Assembly: GCA_963730185.1 (NCBI GenBank)
Contig: CAVSQW010000004.1
Coordinates: forward strand, 32,001-96,000
Source: an uncultured Gemmatimonadales bacterium
GTDB taxonomy: Bacteria; Gemmatimonadota; Gemmatimonadetes; Gemmatimonadales; GWC2-71-9
DNA: 64,000 nucleotides
Direction of reading: 5' to 3'
Numbering within the stretch: the first letter of the stretch is position 1; each line of letters begins with the position of its first letter. The notes beneath the pieces are model-generated. The model saw nothing but the letters and a program-made list of their open reading frames with translations. It made no database searches and had not been told where the DNA came from. The position numbers and the translations under genes are program-made. Positions 50,654 to 59,034 of the stretch are shown in pieces.

Positions 50654-51454
50654 ATGTCCCAGCCGTCGACCATCACTCGGGTCACCCTGCGCCGGGTTGC
50701 CGGCCCGCCGAGCCTCCTCTTGGCCGAGGTCGGTGACGGTCGTTGGACCGGGCTGGCCACCGCGGCGGACCGGCCCGGGCTGGCCGAGGCCGCGGGGCGG
50801 CGGGGGGCCGGGTGGATCGGTCGCTCGGCCGACCACGGACCGGGGCCGGGCGCGATCGGGGGCGACTGGCTCCGCGACGATGCGGACTGGACGGCGTTCG
50901 GGCTGCTTGAATCGGCCCGGCACGATCTGGCCGCCCGCCGGCATGACGTCCCGCTCTGGCGGTGGCTGGGCGGCGCGGTGCGACGAGTGGTGGGGGTGAG
51001 CGGGTCGACGGACGAGCGTCCGGCCGGAGCCGGCGGGCCCCGGGTGGCGGACCCGTCGCGCTGGTCGGAGCTCCAGGGCGACCTGCTGGCCGACCGGGTC
51101 GACGGGCTCAGGGTGGATCCGTTGCGGGCAGGTGGACCCGCCGGGGTGCTCCGGCTCGACGCCATCGCGCGAACCTTCCGGGTCGGGCTCGCGCTCGCCT
51201 CCGGTGCCACCCTGGCCGGCCGGGCGTTGGCGGTTCACCTGGCCATGGCGGCCACGATGGCAAGCCTCCCGCTCGACTGGCCGGACGACGACCCGCCGGA
51301 CCAGGCATGGCTCGGCCCGGCCCGGGCCTATCGGCCCGACGGGGGCCGGGTGACCGCGCCGGAGGCGGCGGGATTGGGGCTCGCGATCGAGGCCGGCCGG
51401 TTGGGGCCGTTGGTAACCGAGCGCTGGTCTCTGGGCGAGGACGACCGCGGGTGA
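50654..51454 (+). CDS. Internally truncated enolase-superfamily (MR/MLE-like) protein
   Basis: Capping-domain motif ESARHDLAARRHDVPLWRWLGG and C-terminal PEAAGLGL are present; most of the barrel is absent (266 aa). Confidence 0.65.
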   Translation: MSQPSTITRVTLRRVAGPPSLLLAEVGDGRWTGLATAADRPGLAEAAGRRGAGWIGRSADHGPGPGAIGGDWLRDDADWTAFGLLESARHDLAARRHDVPLWRWLGGAVRRVVGVSGSTDERPAGAGGPRVADPSRWSELQGDLLADRVDGLRVDPLRAGGPAGVLRLDAIARTFRVGLALASGATLAGRALAVHLAMAATMASLPLDWPDDDPPDQAWLGPARAYRPDGGRVTAPEAAGLGLAIEAGRLGPLVTERWSLGEDDRG

Positions 51455-52626
51455 GCGGGGCGCTCCGGATCGAGCGGGTGCGGCTCAGCCGGGTGAAGAT
51501 CCCGCTCGCCACCGTGTACGTGAGCTCGATGTACGTGATGCCCGCCACCTGGCGCACGGTGATCGAGGTGGAGGCGGGCGGCGGGTTGGTCGGCCTGGGC
51601 GAAACGCTGGGCACGGACGAGGTCTTCCGCCTGACGGCCGCGCTCGCGAGCCGCTGGATCGGACACGACCCCCTGGACCGGCGCGGGTTGACGGCGAGCT
51701 TCGCCCGCTCGGGCTTCGACAACCGGGCCGGCCGGAACGGGTGGTCGGCGCTGGGGGGGCTCGAGCTGGCCCTCTGGGACCTGGCGGGCCGGGCGTTCGG
51801 GGTGTCGGTCTCGGCCCTCCTGGGTGGGGCGACCCGCGAGCGGGTCGAGCTGGTCTGCCCGATCCCGGCCGTGGCGGTGGAGCGGCCGGTCACCCCGGTG
51901 GAGCTCGACCGTCACCAGGCCGACCTGGGCAACGTGGACCGGGTGGCCGACTGGGCCGAGGCGCAGCGGGAGCAGTCGGGGTTCGGCGCGTTCAAGTACA
52001 AGAGCACCGCCCGGTCGCCGGCGTGGGACGAGGCGGTGATGCGCGCGCTCCGGGCGCGGCTCGGGGCCGAGGCGCGCCTCCGGTTCGATCCCAACGGCGG
52101 GTATCCGCCGGTCGAGGCGATCCGGCTCTGCGATCGCTTGGAGGAGCTGGACCTGGAGTTCTTCGAGGATCCGACCGACGACTTGGAGGGTCTGGCTCGG
52201 CTCCGGCGGCGGGCCCGCACCCCGGTTGCCACCAACATGGCTGTGGTGGAGCCGGCTCATCTGCCCGCGGCGATTCGACGGAAGGCGGTGGACGTGGTGC
52301 TGGCGGACGTCTTCATGTGGGGTGGGGTGGGCCGGTGGCGCGATCTCGTCGCGGTGGCCGACGGTTTCGGGCTCGAGGTCGGGGTCCACAGCCTGTTCGA
52401 GACGGGCGTGGCCACGGCGCTGAACCTCCACCTGGCGGCTGCCCATCCATCCATCCGCCGGGCCAACGACTCGGGCCTCCACCTGATGGGGGCCGACGTC
52501 ACCACCGGGCTCGGCCCGATCGCGAACGGGGCGCTCGGGGTGCCGACCGGCCCGGGACTTGGGGTGACGCTCGACCGGGCCGAGCTCGATCGCTGGACCG
52601 TCGGCCCGGTCACCGTGGTGGACTGA
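51451..52626 (+). CDS. Enolase-superfamily dehydratase/cycloisomerase, glucarate-dehydratase-like subgroup
   Basis: GLGET, ELALWDL, KxK (KYK), DPN, EDP, TNM, HS and PGLGV motifs; GTGA overlap. Confidence 0.87.
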   Translation: MSGALRIERVRLSRVKIPLATVYVSSMYVMPATWRTVIEVEAGGGLVGLGETLGTDEVFRLTAALASRWIGHDPLDRRGLTASFARSGFDNRAGRNGWSALGGLELALWDLAGRAFGVSVSALLGGATRERVELVCPIPAVAVERPVTPVELDRHQADLGNVDRVADWAEAQREQSGFGAFKYKSTARSPAWDEAVMRALRARLGAEARLRFDPNGGYPPVEAIRLCDRLEELDLEFFEDPTDDLEGLARLRRRARTPVATNMAVVEPAHLPAAIRRKAVDVVLADVFMWGGVGRWRDLVAVADGFGLEVGVHSLFETGVATALNLHLAAAHPSIRRANDSGLHLMGADVTTGLGPIANGALGVPTGPGLGVTLDRAELDRWTVGPVTVVD

Positions 52627-52631
52627 CGATC

Positions 52632-53372
52632 ATGGCCGGCCCCGTCTCGACCGTTCCGCCCAGCGATCCCGCGGGGCAGCCCGCCCGGGCCATCGCGGGG
52701 TATCCGCGGAGCCTGGACCGGACCCCTGCCGCCGAGCCGATCCGGCGCTTTCTCTCCCGGGCCGACCTGTTGGGTCCGGCCCGGGTGATCGAGGCCGCGG
52801 CCGTCTCCGTGCTCGACCTGTCCCGGCTCCGCCCCACGGCGCCTCGAGCGCTGGGACAGCTGGTCCGGGTGAGGGGTCGGGTGCTCGACGAGGACGGCCG
52901 ACCCGTCTCGGGCGCGGTGCTCGAGGTGTGGCAGGCCAACGCCGCCGGCAAGTACCTCCATCCCAACGATCCCTCGCCGGTGCCGGTCGATCCCAACTTC
53001 GCCGGGGTGGGGCGGATCGTGGTGGGTCCGGACGGGGGGTTCGAGCTCGTCACCATCAAGCCGGGCGCCTACGCGGTCCCGTACGAGGAACAGGGCGGTG
53101 CCACCGACTGGTGGCGCCCGCCGCACATCCACGTCTCGATCTTCGGGCCCGCCTTCGCGAGCCGGTTGGTGACCCAGGTGTACTTCCCCGGCGAGGTGCT
53201 GAACGAGCGCGACCTCCTGCTCAACAGCATCCCCGACCCGCGGGCTCGGGAGCGGCTGGTGGCCCGGTTCGTCCCGGCGCTCTCGACCGCGACCGGCGGG
53301 TTGGGTTTCGCCCACGACCTGGTGCTCCGAGGCCGCCGCGCGACGCCCTTCGAGCGGGGCGGACATGCCTGA
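52632..53372 (+). CDS. pcaH: Intradiol ring-cleavage dioxygenase, protocatechuate 3,4-dioxygenase beta-like
   Basis: GRVLDEDGRP, EVWQANAAGKY, TIKPGAY, WRPPHIH and LVTQVYFPG motifs; both Tyr and both His Fe ligands are present. Confidence 0.85.
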   Translation: MAGPVSTVPPSDPAGQPARAIAGYPRSLDRTPAAEPIRRFLSRADLLGPARVIEAAAVSVLDLSRLRPTAPRALGQLVRVRGRVLDEDGRPVSGAVLEVWQANAAGKYLHPNDPSPVPVDPNFAGVGRIVVGPDGGFELVTIKPGAYAVPYEEQGGATDWWRPPHIHVSIFGPAFASRLVTQVYFPGEVLNERDLLLNSIPDPRARERLVARFVPALSTATGGLGFAHDLVLRGRRATPFERGGHA

Positions 53373-53958
53373 GCTGCGAACGCCGCACCACACCACCGGG
53401 CCCTTCTTCCCGCCGGCCTTCGTGGGCGAGAGCGGAAGTGACCTGACCCGGCACGGCGGACGCGTCGCCGAGGGCACGGTCCTCGAGCTGGCCGGCCGGG
53501 TCCTGGACCGGCGCGGCCGCCCGGCGGTCAACGTGATCCTCGAGCTCTGGCAGGCCGACGCCCGAGGGGTGTTCCACGACCCGGCCGACCCTCGCCACGC
53601 CGAGCGCGACCCGGGCTTCGCGGGCTGGGGGCGGACCTGGACCGACTCGCACGGAGGGTACCGGTTCCGGACGGTGCGGCCGGGGAGCTATCCCGCGCTC
53701 GATGCCGGTGACTGGATCCGCCCGCCGCATCTCCGGCTCCTGGTGCTCGGGTCGGGGCTGATGCGCCCGCTGGTGACGGAGGTGTTCTTCCCCGGCGAGC
53801 CGCTCAACGAAACCGACCGCCATTGGAGCCAGCTCGGGCCGGAGCGCCGGGGCCGCCTGCTCGCGGTGCCGGCGCCCGATGGGTCGAGCGCCGGGGAGCG
53901 GTTCGGATTCGACCTGGTGCTGAGCGGCCCCCACGAGACCCCATTCCTGGACGACTGA
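53365..53958 (+). CDS. pcaG: Protocatechuate 3,4-dioxygenase alpha-like subunit
   Basis: TP..TTGPFF, ELWQADARG, F.GWGR and FDLVL...ETPF motifs. Confidence 0.8.
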   Translation: MPELRTPHHTTGPFFPPAFVGESGSDLTRHGGRVAEGTVLELAGRVLDRRGRPAVNVILELWQADARGVFHDPADPRHAERDPGFAGWGRTWTDSHGGYRFRTVRPGSYPALDAGDWIRPPHLRLLVLGSGLMRPLVTEVFFPGEPLNETDRHWSQLGPERRGRLLAVPAPDGSSAGERFGFDLVLSGPHETPFLDD

Positions 53959-53972
53959 TCGAGAGAGATGCC

Positions 53973-54338
53973 ATGATCGTCGAGCATCGGACCTACACCC
54001 TGAAGCCGGGCACCCTGAACGAGTACTTCCGCCTCTACCAGTCGGAGGGCCTGCCGATCCAGCGGCGCTACCTCCCCGCGATGGTCGGGTACTACACCAC
54101 CGAGGTCGGTCCGCTGAACCAGGTGATCCACCTCTGGGCTTATCGGACGTTCGAGGAGCGCACGGCCTGCCGGACCGCCATGCGGGCCGACCCGGGTTGG
54201 GCTCCCTATCTCGGCAAGATCCATCCGCTGCTGGTCACGATGGAGAGCAAACTCCTGACCCCGGCGCCCTTCTTCGACGTCGCCTCCCTGATCGAGGCGC
54301 TTTCCGGCACCCCCGCCGGGAAAGGACCCGACGCATGA
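53973..54338 (+). CDS. NIPSNAP family protein
   Basis: EHRTYTLKPG, GPLNQVIHLWAY and LLTPAPF motifs. Confidence 0.9.
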   Translation: MIVEHRTYTLKPGTLNEYFRLYQSEGLPIQRRYLPAMVGYYTTEVGPLNQVIHLWAYRTFEERTACRTAMRADPGWAPYLGKIHPLLVTMESKLLTPAPFFDVASLIEALSGTPAGKGPDA

Positions 54339-55852
54339 CCGCCGCTTCCCGAGCCTCGACCCCGGCCCCGCCGGCGCCCGAGCCCACGGGTGCCCGACGG
54401 GGCGCCGACCTCCTGAACCGCCTCCGCGAAGCGCCGCCGGAGCTCTGGTACCGCGGCGAGCGGGTGCCCGACCCGACGGCGCACCCGGCCCTGCGCCGGG
54501 GGCTGGCCTCCCTGGCGGGACTCTACGACCTCCAGTGGGAGGATCCGGACACCATGCTGTTCGACTCGCCGAGCAGCGGACGGAAGGTGGGCCGGTCGTT
54601 CATGATCCCGAGAACCGCCGGCGACCTGGACCGGATCTCCGCCGCGATGAAGCGCTGGGCCGACGCGAGCTTCGGGATGATGGGACGCTCGCCGGACTAC
54701 ATCAACCGGGCGATGACGTCCTACGCCGCCGGCTCGGCGTTTCTGGGCGAGGCCGACCCCCGGTTCGGGGTCAACGCCCGCGCCTATCACGAGTACATCC
54801 GGGAGCGCGACCTCTGCCTCACCCACACCCTGAGCTCGCCCCAGGCCAACCGCTCCCGCCACGCCGCCCAGCAGGCCGACCCGTTCCTGGCGGCCAAGGT
54901 CAAGGAGGAGACCGACGCCGGGATCGTGATCCGAGGTTGCCGGATGCTGGCGACGCTCCCGGTGTCCGACGAAATCATGGTCTTTCCGTCGACCTTCCTC
55001 CGGAACGAGCCGGACCATGAGCCCTATGCCTACGGGGTTTGCATCCCCTCGGCGACGCCCGGGCTCCGGTTCCAGTGTCGGGAGAGCTACGACTACGAGC
55101 GGTCCAGCTACGACCACCCGCTGGCCTCGCGGTTCGAGGAGATGGATGCGGTGGTGATCTTCGACGACGTGTTCGTGCCCTGGGAGCGGGTCTTCCTCTA
55201 TCGCGACATTCCCCGGTGCAACGAGGCGTACGCCCGGACCGGCGCGCTCGCGGCCATGGCGCACCAGGTGGTCGTCAAGAACCTGGCCAAGGCCGAGTAT
55301 CTCATGGGGCTGGCCTCGCTCCTGGTCGACACGATCGCGATCGAGGGCTTTCAGCACGTCCAGGAGAAGCTGGCCGAGATCTGGGTCAACATGGAGACGA
55401 TGCGGGCCTTTCTCCGGGCCTCCCTGGCCGACGCCGAGGTCGACGAGTTCGGGGTGATGCGCCCGGCGTGGGACCCGCTCGACGCGGCCCGGAACCTCCA
55501 TCCCCGGCTCTACCCCCGGATGGTCGAGATCATCCAGCAGCTCGGCGCCGCCGGATTGGTGGCCATGCCCACCGAAGCCGACGTGACCGGGCCGCTCGCC
55601 GCCGACGTCCAACGGTTCTTCCAGGCCGCCCGGGCGGAGGCCCACGAGCGGATCCCGATCTTCCGGCTGGCCTGGGACACGGCGATGTCGGCCTTCGGGT
55701 CGCGGCAGGTGCTCTACGAGCGCTACTTCTTCGGCGATCCGGTTCGGATGGCGGGCGCGCTGGTGGCGAGTCACGACCGGAAACGCTACATGGACCGGGT
55801 GCGCCACTTCCTCGAGCAGTCGCGCGACGAGGCGGCCCGGGCGGCGGGATGA
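54335..55852 (+). CDS. hpaB: 4-hydroxyphenylacetate 3-monooxygenase-like oxygenase component
   Basis: GMMGRSPDY, THTL..PQ.NR, DHPL.SRFEEMDA, FQHVQEK and RQVLYERYFFGDP motifs. Confidence 0.9.
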   Translation: MTAASRASTPAPPAPEPTGARRGADLLNRLREAPPELWYRGERVPDPTAHPALRRGLASLAGLYDLQWEDPDTMLFDSPSSGRKVGRSFMIPRTAGDLDRISAAMKRWADASFGMMGRSPDYINRAMTSYAAGSAFLGEADPRFGVNARAYHEYIRERDLCLTHTLSSPQANRSRHAAQQADPFLAAKVKEETDAGIVIRGCRMLATLPVSDEIMVFPSTFLRNEPDHEPYAYGVCIPSATPGLRFQCRESYDYERSSYDHPLASRFEEMDAVVIFDDVFVPWERVFLYRDIPRCNEAYARTGALAAMAHQVVVKNLAKAEYLMGLASLLVDTIAIEGFQHVQEKLAEIWVNMETMRAFLRASLADAEVDEFGVMRPAWDPLDAARNLHPRLYPRMVEIIQQLGAAGLVAMPTEADVTGPLAADVQRFFQAARAEAHERIPIFRLAWDTAMSAFGSRQVLYERYFFGDPVRMAGALVASHDRKRYMDRVRHFLEQSRDEAARAAG

Positions 55853-56397
55853 CGATCGACGGCCAGGCCTTCCGCCGGGCGATGGGGCATTTCGCCACCG
55901 GCGTCGGGGTGATCACCGCCGACCGCGAAGGCGCGGTGCGCGCCATGACCGCCAACGCCTTCACGTCGGTCTCGCTCGACCCTCCGCTGGTGCTGGTGGC
56001 CCTGGACCGGCGGACCCGGATGGCCGGATTGCTCGACCCGGGGACGGGATTCGCGGTCAATCTGCTGCGGGAGGACCAGCAGGCCTTGAGCCGGTTCTTC
56101 GCCGGCGCCTGGAAAGAGGCCGCCCGGCCCCCGTTTCGGTTCGTCCCGTTCGCCGGGGGGCCGCGGCTCGAGGGCGCCTCCGCCACGGTCGGCTGCGAGG
56201 TCGACCGGCGCCACGACGGGGGCGATCACTGGCTCGTCGTCGGCCGGGTGCTCGATGTCCACGTCGGGGTGACGCCCCACTACCCGCTGGTCTTTTTCCG
56301 GGGCGAGTACCGGGAGCTGGCCCGGGACCATGTGACCGAAGCGCCGGAGATCGAGCTGGGCGGCGAGTCGGCCCAGGTCTTCTACGAGTCCTGGTAG
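55849..56397 (+). CDS. hpaC: Flavin reductase (HpaC-like)
   Basis: FRRAMGHFATGV, MTANAFTSVSLDPPLV and GGDHW motifs; ATGA overlap with hpaB. Confidence 0.88.
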   Translation: MTIDGQAFRRAMGHFATGVGVITADREGAVRAMTANAFTSVSLDPPLVLVALDRRTRMAGLLDPGTGFAVNLLREDQQALSRFFAGAWKEAARPPFRFVPFAGGPRLEGASATVGCEVDRRHDGGDHWLVVGRVLDVHVGVTPHYPLVFFRGEYRELARDHVTEAPEIELGGESAQVFYESW

Positions 56398-58343
56398 TGG
56401 CCGCCGGTCCGGTCCTGCCCCCGCTGGAGGCCGAATGGCTGGAGGCCGATGGGCTCGGCGGGTTCGCCTCGGGTACCGCCGGCGGCCCGCGGCGGCGGCG
56501 CTACCATGCCCTCCTGCTGACGGCCCTGACGCCGCCGACCGGCCGGGTCGCTCTGGTCGGGGGCTTCGACGCCTGGGTGGAGCGCGACGGCCGGCCACCC
56601 GAGTTTCTGACCGTTCAGCGCTACGTCCCCGACCTGACCTCGCGGACGTTCGATCATCTGGTCGGCTTCGAGTGGGATCCCTGGCCGGCCTGGACGTTCC
56701 GGTTGGCCGACGGACTCGAGATCCGGCAGGAGCTGCTCGCGACCAAGGGCCGGGCCGTGGTGGCGATCCGGTGGCGGCTGCTCCGGAAGCGCGGCGGGAT
56801 CCGGCTGGTGGCTCGGCCGTTCCTGCTGGGTCGCGACGCCCACGCGCTGCACCGAGAGAACCCCGACTTCCGGTTCGATGCCCAGGTCGCCGGCGGCACG
56901 GTGCGCTGGCGGCCGTACGGCTCGCTCCCCGGCGTTCTCAGCCTCCAGAACGGCGTCTATCGCCACGACCCCGTCTGGTACCGGGCCTTTCAGCTCGACG
57001 AGGAGCGGGCCCGGGGACTCGACTTCACGGAAGACGCGGGATCGCCGGGTCGAATCGAGTGGGACCTGTCGGCCGGGCAGGCTGCGTGGGTCCTGGCCGC
57101 CGATGATCCCGCCGGCAAGGCGGAGGGCCTCGACGGGCCGGCCGAGACGATCGTCGCCCGCCTGGTCCGGCGGGAACGAGCCCGCCGGTCGCGCTGGGCC
57201 ACGCCCCTGGTTCGCGCCGCGGACGCCTACCTGGTGGCTCGGGGCGCGGGCCGCTCGATCGTCGCCGGCTATCCCTGGTTCACCGACTGGGGGCGCGACA
57301 CCTTCATCGCGATGCGGGGGCTCTGCCTGGCGACCGGACGTCTGGCCGACGCCCGGTCGATCCTCGGGACCTGGGCGGAGACGGTGTCGGAGGGAATGCT
57401 TCCCAATCGCTTTCCGGACGGCGGCGATCCGGAGTTCAACTCGGTCGACGCCTCCCTCTGGTACGTGGTGGTGGTGGGTGAGGTGCTCGAGGCGCTCGCC
57501 GCGGCCGGCCGGTCGCTCGGGCGGGGCGAGCGCGGGCGCCTGTTGGGGGCGGTGGACGCCATCCTCACCGGCTACGCCAGGGGCACCCGCTACGGAATCC
57601 GGATGGACGAAGACGGCTTGATCGCCGCCGGCGAGCCCGGGGTCCAGTTGACCTGGATGGATGCCAGAGTCGGCGACCGGGTCGTGACCCCCCGGATCGG
57701 GAAGCCGGTCGAGGTCCAGGCGCTCTGGATCGCCGCGCTCCGGGTGGGGCAGGGCCTCGACCGGCGCTGGGGCACCGTCGCCGACCGGGCCACGGCGGCG
57801 TTCGCCGATCGGTTCTTCGATCCCGACCGCGGGGCGCTCCGCGACGTGGTCGACGTCGACCACGTGGCGGGGCGGGTGGACGGCTCGCTCCGGCCCAATC
57901 AGATCTTCGCCGTGGGCGGGCTGCCGGTCCGGCTCTTGGAGCCGGCCCGCGAGGCGGCGGTCGTCGATCTGGTGGAGCGGGAGCTGCTCACCCCGGTCGG
58001 CCTCCGGAGTCTCGGTCCGGCTGAGCCGGGTTACCGGGGCCGATACGAGGGCGGTCCCGCCGAGCGCGACTCGGCCTACCATCAAGGGACCGTCTGGCCC
58101 TGGTTGTTGGGGCCCTTCGTCGAGGCGTGGCTCCGGCGCCGGGGAGCCGGTCCCGCCGAACGGGCGGCGGCCCGGGAGCGGTTTCTCGCGCCCCTTCTGG
58201 CCCATCTCGGTGAGGCCGGACTCGATCACGTTTCGGAGATCGCCGACGGCGAGCCGCCGTTCACGCCGCGAGGCTGCCCGTTCCAGGCCTGGTCGGTGGG
58301 CGAGGCGCTCCGGATCGAGCGCCTGACCCGATCCGGAGCCTGA
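56397..58343 (+). CDS. Glycogen debranching enzyme / amylo-alpha-1,6-glucosidase (GH133-like)
   Basis: EWLEADGLGGFASGT, AGYPWFTDWGRD, LTWMDA, LRPNQ, YHQGTVWPW and QAWSV motifs. Confidence 0.93.
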   Translation: MAAGPVLPPLEAEWLEADGLGGFASGTAGGPRRRRYHALLLTALTPPTGRVALVGGFDAWVERDGRPPEFLTVQRYVPDLTSRTFDHLVGFEWDPWPAWTFRLADGLEIRQELLATKGRAVVAIRWRLLRKRGGIRLVARPFLLGRDAHALHRENPDFRFDAQVAGGTVRWRPYGSLPGVLSLQNGVYRHDPVWYRAFQLDEERARGLDFTEDAGSPGRIEWDLSAGQAAWVLAADDPAGKAEGLDGPAETIVARLVRRERARRSRWATPLVRAADAYLVARGAGRSIVAGYPWFTDWGRDTFIAMRGLCLATGRLADARSILGTWAETVSEGMLPNRFPDGGDPEFNSVDASLWYVVVVGEVLEALAAAGRSLGRGERGRLLGAVDAILTGYARGTRYGIRMDEDGLIAAGEPGVQLTWMDARVGDRVVTPRIGKPVEVQALWIAALRVGQGLDRRWGTVADRATAAFADRFFDPDRGALRDVVDVDHVAGRVDGSLRPNQIFAVGGLPVRLLEPAREAAVVDLVERELLTPVGLRSLGPAEPGYRGRYEGGPAERDSAYHQGTVWPWLLGPFVEAWLRRRGAGPAERAAARERFLAPLLAHLGEAGLDHVSEIADGEPPFTPRGCPFQAWSVGEALRIERLTRSGA

Positions 58344-58429
58344 CCCGACCTTCGGCTGCCGGCTGGCCCTCCGGCCGGCCGGGCCGCGTGCCCGGGGCCT
58401 CGGTCGGGCGATCCCGCTATTTTCCGACC

Positions 58430-58918
58430 GTGCGATTTCGCCTCGGTCTTCTCGTGCTCGCGGTGGCGGTGTCCGCCTGCGGCGATTCCGCCAGGGCGCC
58501 CAGTGGCGCGCCGGCCGACTCGATCGCGGCGGCTCCGGCCGACTCCGCGCCACGACCCGCGATCGTCGCCCTCGACCTCGGGACCCAGGAGGGGAGGGAA
58601 CAGCTCGACGACGATCTCCTCCACGCCGTGGTGCCGGGCGACACCGTCCGGCTCGACCTCGCGCTCTCCCCGGACCAGATCCGTGACCTTCCTTCCGTGA
58701 TCTCCGACGGGTGGTGGATCGCCCTCACCTACCGGCGCGACGACGGGGCGGAAGCTGGGTCGGAGCTACACATCCTGTTCGGTCCCGAGGGGCAGCGCGG
58801 CGACCTGGTAGTGGATTCCACCGGGGCCACTCCGAGGCTCCAAGGCCGGATCACGATCCGGGAGGTCCGGGGGCCGCACATGGGGCTGATGTCGATCTTT
58901 GCGGCCCCGGTCCAGTAG
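58430..58918 (+). CDS. Hypothetical lipoprotein
   Basis: GTG start; hydrophobic leader with lipobox VSAC. Confidence 0.6.
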   Translation: MRFRLGLLVLAVAVSACGDSARAPSGAPADSIAAAPADSAPRPAIVALDLGTQEGREQLDDDLLHAVVPGDTVRLDLALSPDQIRDLPSVISDGWWIALTYRRDDGAEAGSELHILFGPEGQRGDLVVDSTGATPRLQGRITIREVRGPHMGLMSIFAAPVQ

Positions 58919-59034
58919 CTGGACGTCTCGTGCTCCGCTGGCGAGGCCCCGGGCTCGTGGGGGGCGCTCGCTGGCACAAAGTCCACGCCGCCCTCTACAT
59001 TGCCAGTCCCCACCTACTCGGTCAGGGAGTTCTG

